The translations under genes and the position numbers were made by a program. Below are positions 57,787-64,000 of a DNA stretch of 64,000 bases, piece after piece. This DNA is from an uncultured Rhodobacteraceae bacterium (GTDB lineage: Bacteria; Pseudomonadota; Alphaproteobacteria; Rhodobacterales; Rhodobacteraceae): contig CAJWHE010000006.1 in NCBI GenBank assembly GCA_913041145.1, forward strand, positions 6,176-70,175. Reading direction: 5' to 3'. Numbering within the stretch: the first letter of the stretch is position 1; the number at the start of each line of letters is the position of its first letter. Below the pieces are notes generated by a model that saw nothing but the letters and a program-made list of their open reading frames with translations, was not told where the DNA came from and did not search any database.

Positions 57787-60700
57787 ATGGGAAATGAAAA
57801 CGCTATTTTGACTTCAAATGAATTGCATTGGCGATGTATAGGTCCCCCGAGGGGCGGACGTGTCGTTGCTGTAGCAGGAGATTACAGTGATCCTATGACA
57901 TTTTATTTTGGAGCCTGCGCGGGAGGTGTCTGGAAAACTACAGATGGTGGGACTTATTGGGAATGTGTTTCAGATGGGTTTTTAAATAGTGCAACCATTG
58001 GGGCTCTTGCAGTTGCTCCTTCAGATAGCAACGTTATTTATGCGGGTACGGGCGAGACTACAATTAGAATTGATGTTTCATTCGGAGATGGAATGTATAA
58101 ATCAACGGATGCTGGTAGAACATGGAAGCATATTGGCTTAGATCATACCAAACAAATTGGAGAAATTAGAGTACACCCAGAGAATTCAGACCATGTTTAT
58201 GTTGCTGCATTCGGTGACGCGTTTGGCCCAAATAATGATCGGGGAGTTTATCGCTCTTTAGATGGAGGAGAAAACTGGGAAAGAGTTTTATTTGAAAATG
58301 ATTATACTGGGGCAATAGATATTTCGATGGACCCTACTAATCCTCGCATTTTGTTTGCTGCTATGTGGCAAGCGCATAGAAAGTTTTGGCATCTTTCATC
58401 TGGAGGGCCTGGAAGTTGTTTGTATCGATCTACTGACGGCGGTGACACATGGGAAGATGTAACAATTGATAATGGCTTTGCTAAAGGTGTACTTGGAAAA
58501 ATAGGCGTTTCTCTATCAGCCGCAAAGCAAGGTCGAGTGTTTGCGCTTGTTGAGGGTGATGAGGATAATATCGGATTATATGTATCTGAGGACTATGGTA
58601 AGAGTTGGAAATTGCGGTGCCCCAATAGAGATCTGATTCATCGAGCTTGGTATTATACTCACATATTTACAGATCCTGTTCACGAGGACACAGTCTATGT
58701 GACTAATTATCAGATGTGGAAGTCTACAGATGGTGGCTACACCTTCAAAGAGGTGACTACGCCTCATGGTGATAACCACGATTTATGGATTGATCCTAAA
58801 AATTCGAAACGTATGGTTCAAGGAAATGATGGTGGCGCATGTGTCAGCTTTAATGGGGGTGATACTTGGTCTACCATCTATAATCAAAATACGGCTCAAT
58901 TTTACCGTATGGATATTGATAACCAGTATCCATATCGGGTTTACGCCACTCAACAGGATAATACTTCGATATCTGTGCCGAGCCAAGCTGAATGGGGCAT
59001 GATAACACTAGGGGACACAACCTTACCTGGAACTGGAGAAAGTGGTTTCATAGCTGTTCATCCAGAGGATTCAAATATTGTTTACATTGGTGCAGTAGGC
59101 TCAAGTCCTGGTGGTAATGGGGCGTTGCAACGGTATGATCATCGTACCCGGCAACTGCAGCTTATTAATGTTTGGCCCGAAGAAGCTACCGGTTTTGCAC
59201 CTCGAGATTTAAAGTATCGATTTGCTTGGACTTTTCCAATTTTATTCTCACCGCATGATAGCGGGACATTATATGTTGGTGGAAATCATGTGTTTAGAAG
59301 TTATGATGAAGGAATGAGCTGGGATTGTATCTCGCCAGATCTAAGTCGTAACGATATAGAGAAGTTAGATTTTTCTGGTGGGCCATTAAATCATGATAGT
59401 GCTGGAGCAGAGCAATACGCTTCGTGTGCTTCGGTAGTAGAGTCGACACACAGAAAAGGTGAGCTTTGGGCCTCTACTGATGATGGATTAGTACACGTGA
59501 CACGTGACGGTGGAACGAAATGGGAAAATGTCACTCCAGAGAATATGCCTGAGTGGGCGTATGTGGGTAATGTGGAAGTTTCATCTCATGACCCAGACAC
59601 GATCTACCTTTCTGCTACAAGGTTTAAGCTCTCAGATTACAAGCCTTATCTTTTTGTAACTAAAGATAGTGGAAAGACCTGGTCTTCTATTTCTGATAGT
59701 TTTCCTCAAAATGAAATAACTCGGGTAATAAGAGCAGATATTGAAAAACCTGGATTACTATTCACAGGCACAGAGACAGGTATTTATGTTTCGTCTGACG
59801 ATGGAAAAATATGGAATAGAATGGGCAGTAATTTTCCAGTTGTTCCAGTTTATGATCTAAGAATAAAAGATTCTGATTTAGTTGTTGCTACTCATGGTAG
59901 ATCTTTTTGGATTTTAGATGATATTACACCCTTAAGAGGTTTGAAGCAGTCATCTGAGACTGTAAAGTTATACGACCCAAGAATTACAGTTAGGCAAAAT
60001 ATTCATTGGAGTTCCGGCTTGTTCAATGGAGATGGTAAAGATTACTCACCAGCTTTTGGTGTTCAAGGTGCGAGTTATTTGACTGATTCTTTTGATGGAA
60101 GAAAGAAAAGGAAATACTTGGATACTGGAGAGAATCCTCCTTTAGGAGCTATTATTTATTATTGGTTAGATAAAGAAATTTGTAATTCAGATGTTAGAAT
60201 AGAGATTAAAGATAAAAGTGGTAATACTATTGTAGTATGTGAGTCTAATAACGATAAGCTTTCAAGTTCTCGAAAACCAACTGCTAAAGAAGGGCTGAAT
60301 AGATTTGTTTGGGATCTTACTGAAGATCCACCGATAAAGCTTGATGAGGGCTTAAGAAATAGAAAATATGAACCATTTTCAAAATCTGAAGGGGGAGCCG
60401 CTGGAGCAAAAGTACAACCAGGAGATTATTCATTAGTATTAACCGTAAATACAGTTTCTAAAGAATCAACAGTAACAGTAGTTAAAGATCCAAGAATTGA
60501 CACAACGGATAAAGATTTTGAGATACAAAATACTTTATATAAAAATATAACATCAAAGCTGTCCGAACTTAATATAGCTGTCAATCGCATACGATTAATG
60601 AAGTCCCAACTAGGAAGTATTGATAAGATTATTCCTGCAGAGGCAGAGACTGCCAGTGTATTAATAAGTGAATTGGAACTGCTAGAGGGACAATTAGTTG

Positions 60701-60978
60701 ATACAAAAAGGGAGACTCCAAGGGACGTTTTAAGACATCCTGCTGGACTTGATGACACTCTTCAAGATCTATTGTGGGTCGTAAAAATTGCTGATGCAAG
60801 GCCTCCTGCGCAATCACATGAAGTGGCAGATGATGTATTTGGAAAGGTAGATACTATTTTAGATAAATTGGATGAATTGGTTGAAGATAAAATCGCTAAA
60901 TTCAATAGTGTTATTGCACAAGCTTCTCCACCTGCTGTCAGTGGAAGTAGCATTGGAGCTCTTAAGACGGGCTGGTAG
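57787..60978 (+). CDS. BNR/Asp-box repeat protein, sortilin-VPS10 / GH74-like double beta-propeller, with no evident signal peptide
   Basis: 1063 aa. I count 11 Asp-box-like motifs in the translation: TTDGGTYWE, STDAGRTWK, SLDGGENWE, STDGGDTWE, SEDYGKSWK, STDGGYTFK, SFNGGDTWS, SYDEGMSWD, TRDGGTKWE, TKDSGKTWS, SSDDGKIWN. The N-terminus MGNENAILTSNELHW is not hydrophobic. Confidence 0.75.
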   Translation: MGNENAILTSNELHWRCIGPPRGGRVVAVAGDYSDPMTFYFGACAGGVWKTTDGGTYWECVSDGFLNSATIGALAVAPSDSNVIYAGTGETTIRIDVSFGDGMYKSTDAGRTWKHIGLDHTKQIGEIRVHPENSDHVYVAAFGDAFGPNNDRGVYRSLDGGENWERVLFENDYTGAIDISMDPTNPRILFAAMWQAHRKFWHLSSGGPGSCLYRSTDGGDTWEDVTIDNGFAKGVLGKIGVSLSAAKQGRVFALVEGDEDNIGLYVSEDYGKSWKLRCPNRDLIHRAWYYTHIFTDPVHEDTVYVTNYQMWKSTDGGYTFKEVTTPHGDNHDLWIDPKNSKRMVQGNDGGACVSFNGGDTWSTIYNQNTAQFYRMDIDNQYPYRVYATQQDNTSISVPSQAEWGMITLGDTTLPGTGESGFIAVHPEDSNIVYIGAVGSSPGGNGALQRYDHRTRQLQLINVWPEEATGFAPRDLKYRFAWTFPILFSPHDSGTLYVGGNHVFRSYDEGMSWDCISPDLSRNDIEKLDFSGGPLNHDSAGAEQYASCASVVESTHRKGELWASTDDGLVHVTRDGGTKWENVTPENMPEWAYVGNVEVSSHDPDTIYLSATRFKLSDYKPYLFVTKDSGKTWSSISDSFPQNEITRVIRADIEKPGLLFTGTETGIYVSSDDGKIWNRMGSNFPVVPVYDLRIKDSDLVVATHGRSFWILDDITPLRGLKQSSETVKLYDPRITVRQNIHWSSGLFNGDGKDYSPAFGVQGASYLTDSFDGRKKRKYLDTGENPPLGAIIYYWLDKEICNSDVRIEIKDKSGNTIVVCESNNDKLSSSRKPTAKEGLNRFVWDLTEDPPIKLDEGLRNRKYEPFSKSEGGAAGAKVQPGDYSLVLTVNTVSKESTVTVVKDPRIDTTDKDFEIQNTLYKNITSKLSELNIAVNRIRLMKSQLGSIDKIIPAEAETASVLISELELLEGQLVDTKRETPRDVLRHPAGLDDTLQDLLWVVKIADARPPAQSHEVADDVFGKVDTILDKLDELVEDKIAKFNSVIAQASPPAVSGSSIGALKTGW

Positions 60979-60990
60979 ATCAACTTATAA

Positions 60991-62205
60991 ATGTCATTTT
61001 TAAATTTTGTATCTTTTAAAAGAAGAAGAGATTTTTTTTGTATTTTTGCAGTAGATTTCATTTTGCGATGGTTCTATCAGTTGGGGAAAACACCATTATT
61101 GCCTTTGTACGCTGCTGCGATTGGCGCAGGAGAGATAATGATAGGCTTTATCGTTGGCATCTCAACTTCCTCAGGAATAATATTGAAACCTATTTTTGGT
61201 ATTTTATCTGATTTTTGGGGAAAAAAAGTCTGGTTGTGTGTGGCTTTAGTAATATTTACGTGCACGCCATTTGCATATCAATTTGTATCTTCAGAACAGG
61301 ATTTGGTCTTTCTAAGACTTTTCCACGGGATTTCTACTGCAATTCTGGGACCAGTTGGGCTCGCTTATGTCTTGCATCTCAACAATGACACTCAGACAAA
61401 AAGGCTGGCATATTTTGGTATTTCTAGATCTTTGGTCTCGCTTAGCGCGCCCATCACTGCTGGTGTGGCTTTAACTGTTTTCGATTTTGAAACGGTTTTT
61501 ATTTTTATTGGTTTTGGGTCCATTTTTGCAATGATACCATTATTTTTAATTAGAGATAATTCAGCTTCAAATAATATAAATAATAATATATCCTGGAAAA
61601 AAATTGGTATAGCTTTTCATTACATTATATCTATTCCTGCTGTCTGGATGGCTGGTTTATTAGAGATGCTCGTGTATTCCATAGTATATTCCTTAAGGGC
61701 ATTTCTACCACTTTTTATTATTTCTCAAGATAATGGAACTATATTACAGGCAGGTTTATTTTTTTCGATTCAAGAGATAACCCATATGCTTTGCCGACCT
61801 ATTGGTGCCCAGTTGGCAGACAAAAAAGGTTACAGAGTAACCATTATTTTTGGTATGTTATTACTTGCTTCAGGTCTTTTGTTAGTAAATGTTTTTACTG
61901 AGAACTTCTTTTTACTAATAGCTATCTTCATTGGCGCTGGTCAGGGCTTTATCTTTCCAACAAGTGTAGCAATATTAGCAGATGAAGTTAAAAAAAATTA
62001 TCGAGGGACAGCTATGGGCGTATATGGCTCCTTACGCAATATAGGTAAAGTTATTGGCCCAGTTTGTGCTGGCTTTGCGTTAGCAAATTATAATTTCAGT
62101 TTAGTTTTTATGGCATTGGCTAGTATAATTGTTGTAATAGCTTTTTTGGTAATGCTGTTTTGGAATAAAATTGTAAGAAAGAATGTCTTCAATCATTTCC
62201 ACTAA
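60991..62205 (+). CDS. MFS transporter
   Basis: 404 aa, about 12 TM helices. Has the G..SD..G(K/R)K loop motif (GILSDFWGKK). Lies 12 nt downstream of the BNR protein gene, so it is probably co-transcribed. Confidence 0.8.
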   Translation: MSFLNFVSFKRRRDFFCIFAVDFILRWFYQLGKTPLLPLYAAAIGAGEIMIGFIVGISTSSGIILKPIFGILSDFWGKKVWLCVALVIFTCTPFAYQFVSSEQDLVFLRLFHGISTAILGPVGLAYVLHLNNDTQTKRLAYFGISRSLVSLSAPITAGVALTVFDFETVFIFIGFGSIFAMIPLFLIRDNSASNNINNNISWKKIGIAFHYIISIPAVWMAGLLEMLVYSIVYSLRAFLPLFIISQDNGTILQAGLFFSIQEITHMLCRPIGAQLADKKGYRVTIIFGMLLLASGLLLVNVFTENFFLLIAIFIGAGQGFIFPTSVAILADEVKKNYRGTAMGVYGSLRNIGKVIGPVCAGFALANYNFSLVFMALASIIVVIAFLVMLFWNKIVRKNVFNHFH

Positions 62206-62210
62206 AGGAT

Positions 62211-62612
62211 TTAAGGCCTTCTTTTAAAAGCTTTTATATTATCAGGAATGTGATGAAAAGCTTGTTTATCAATTGTGAAAATTGCTACAGTTGGTTCATA
62301 AATATCGGGCCTATCAAGTGTTCCTACTTTCAAAACCATTGAACCTGGGCGGCTTGGGGTTTTTGTACCAATACCCGTTCCACAGTTGTTACAAAAGAAA
62401 CGTGTGACTGGGTTTTCTAAGTCATCCCTTTTGAATTTTGTAGGTGTTCCCTCAGTAAAAGAAAAACCAGAGTCTGGAACTACAATGATAGTATTTGGTG
62501 CACCCCCCGTAATGTACTGGCATTCCCTGCAGTGACATTGAATTGATGATTGAATCTTATCAGTCGATTTATATCTTATTTTGCCACAATAACAGCCACC
62601 AGTAATTAACAT
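62211..62612 (-). CDS. GFA / CENP-V family protein (glutathione-dependent formaldehyde-activating enzyme fold)
   Basis: GGCYCGKIRY..., CHCRECQ and FFCNNCGT are zinc-cysteine motifs of the GFA family. The ORF is open to ATG 62636, but AAGGA precedes ATG 62612 by 7 nt and gives the usual N-terminus (MLITGGCYCG). Confidence 0.8.
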   Translation of the reverse strand: MLITGGCYCGKIRYKSTDKIQSSIQCHCRECQYITGGAPNTIIVVPDSGFSFTEGTPTKFKRDDLENPVTRFFCNNCGTGIGTKTPSRPGSMVLKVGTLDRPDIYEPTVAIFTIDKQAFHHIPDNIKAFKRRP

Positions 62613-62622
62613 ATTCTTTTCC

Positions 62623-62802
62623 TTACTCTGTTGCATTATCTATCATAACTTTATTGGATGGAGGCACCAGATCTACTTGCTCTTTTGTTAACACCATCCA
62701 AAGTAAAAAAAAGGCACCCAAAAATACTAATAATAAAGCAAACGCATAAAAAAAATATGTAAAGACTAATTTAAGCATTTTTATTTTTACATTAACTAAC
62801 AT
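62623..62802 (-). CDS. Possible small membrane peptide (59 aa) upstream of the GFA gene; not in the ORF track
   Basis: MLVNVKIKMLKLVFTYFFYAFALLLVFLGAFFLLWMVLTKEQVDLVPPSNKVMIDNATE*: one strong TM helix. No clear Shine-Dalgarno sequence, and the AT-rich context means the ORF could be fortuitous. Confidence 0.25.
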   Translation of the reverse strand: MLVNVKIKMLKLVFTYFFYAFALLLVFLGAFFLLWMVLTKEQVDLVPPSNKVMIDNATE

Positions 62803-62830
62803 TTTTTAAAATATTTTTACGTTTAAAGCC

Positions 62831-63370
62831 CTAGCTTAATAGACCTGAGAATGCGAGCGCTCCATTTTTTAAATTCTCATTCCAAGCATTGTTTGCATTA
62901 CTATCTGCATTATCTGATATGTATTTATAACAAATAAATTCAATCTGATTTAATTTACATACTTTAGCTAAAGCATAAGCTTCCATGTCAACTAAATCTG
63001 TTAAGAGTTTTGGTTTTGTATTTACAAAGCTATCTCCTGTTCCGCACGATAATCCCATCCGTTTATTATCAATCGTCGAAATTTTATCAAATGGAGTTTC
63101 GCCTAAAACAAACCCTAAACCTTCTGCATTCATATCACGTTGTTTAAATACTGAGACCTCTTGTAATCCATTTAAATTATTACTTAACGCACCTGCAGTT
63201 CCAAAATTAATAACAGTATTAGGTGCAAACTCATGGATGGCCTTACTAAGAGAATAAGCCGCATTAATTTTACCAACACCAGTATATATAATATCCCATG
63301 TTGGAAGGTATTTCTTTGGAAGCTCGTCCTCTAACGCTACGAGAATAATCGTTTTTGATTTGTTAAACAT
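62831..63370 (-). CDS. Short PNP_UDP_1 family nucleosidase (MTA/SAH nucleosidase-like)
   Basis: 179 aa. GVGKINAA, NFGTAGAL and DMEAYALAKVC resemble the MtnN/Pfs-type phosphorylase-fold motifs, in a shorter than usual protein. Confidence 0.55.
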   Translation of the reverse strand: MFNKSKTIILVALEDELPKKYLPTWDIIYTGVGKINAAYSLSKAIHEFAPNTVINFGTAGALSNNLNGLQEVSVFKQRDMNAEGLGFVLGETPFDKISTIDNKRMGLSCGTGDSFVNTKPKLLTDLVDMEAYALAKVCKLNQIEFICYKYISDNADSNANNAWNENLKNGALAFSGLLS

Positions 63371-64000
63371 ATAAGCTCATACTTTATCCTATGTAGTGGT
63401 TTCTAACATATGTAATAGAAACCTAAAACACCAAAATATAAATATAAGCACTAGTATTAACGGCTAAAACCGTTTTGTAGACAAGGAAAAAGTAAGGTTG
63501 TATATTTATCCAATAAACTATTGTCATAAGGGTGAATAAGATGGATATCGTTTGGGGTCTTTTTTTGTATTCAATTGTCAGTGGAATGGGTTTTGATGTC
63601 TCACACTCCATTACGAATTTAAATTCTCACTTTTTTTTAAAAAAAGAATGTATAGTTTCTGCCAAAAACATGAATTCTAGAAGTTTATCTGATGTGCAAA
63701 TGGGTTTAGATCGAAATGTTCAAATGAGATATATTTGTTTGGCTTTCCCTAAAACTGGACAATCAATCTAAAATTAGATTTTTCTTAATATCAAAAAATT
63801 TTGATATTTGGTGGCATCACTTTTATTTATATTGTAACTATTCTCTAAGCTTTCAAACAAAATAATAAATAAAGCTTTCTACAATTGCGGCTCGGCTCTC
63901 AAGCTGATCATTGCCTTTTTTCTGAATTGATATGTCTACTTAGGAAAATGGTTTGCTGTCTGAGCAAAATCGATTAACAGGGATGTTTAATTCAAATATA

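Noticed and set aside
63423-63771. Two overlapping short ORFs (62 aa minus strand, 79 aa plus strand) as genes.
   Set aside because: No recognisable motifs, no ribosome-binding sites, mutually exclusive overlap and AT-rich context. This is not enough support to call either one.
1-64000. CRISPR arrays, transposases/IS elements, integrases, prophage genes, toxin-antitoxin or known defence systems.
   Set aside because: I saw no regularly spaced direct repeats, and no ORF translation resembles transposase, recombinase, capsid/terminase, nuclease-NTPase defence modules or TA pairs. The window reads as core chromosome.

Overview
This is a visibly AT-rich, tightly packed chromosomal segment with many 1-13 nt gene overlaps and short spacers. 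It reads as core genome of an alphaproteobacterium, probably a streamlined marine lineage; that assignment is an inference from gene content and synteny (HdaA-Ppk1-Ppx, helicase-S4-FdxA-CarD, short alpha-type ProRS, PccB/PccA/MCM). I can support about 59 protein-coding genes, RNase P RNA, tRNA-Tyr, tRNA-Gly, one clear pseudogene, and a few promoter and hairpin candidates. Three plausible ORFs under 60 aa are missing from the supplied ORF track: rpmG, a 38-aa lipoprotein and a 59-aa membrane peptide. Functional blocks, in order: (1) rnpB and rpmG. (2) Housekeeping metabolism: quinone reductase, IMPase/HisN-like, guanine deaminase, MetY. (3) RlmB and the tRNA region. (4) An exporter trio. (5) The methylmalonyl pathway: pccB, pccA, mcm. 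(6) HdaA, polyphosphate kinase and exopolyphosphatase. (7) ProS and LolCE/LolD. (8) The helicase-S4-FdxA-CarD block. (9) CobS/CobT. (10) PntAB transhydrogenase. (11) A peptide-type ABC importer followed by two M20 hydrolases. (12) MoaA and AnmK. (13) A QueG/reductive-dehalogenase-superfamily Fe-S protein facing a 1063-aa BNR/sortilin-like protein plus an MFS transporter. I found no CRISPR array, transposase, integrase, phage genes, toxin-antitoxin pair or recognisable defence system, and I cannot honestly point to a clearly novel multi-gene system. The most unusual items are: a decayed TfoX-like gene between convergent tRNAs; an orphan 617-aa membrane protein with a PilM-like/PilP-like flavour; the RdhA/QueG-like plus leaderless BNR-propeller plus MFS cluster; a LysE/ArgO gene whose conserved N-terminus has no canonical start codon; and uncharacterised small genes inside the pcc-mcm cluster. 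All family assignments come from reading the translations (motif recall), not from searches.
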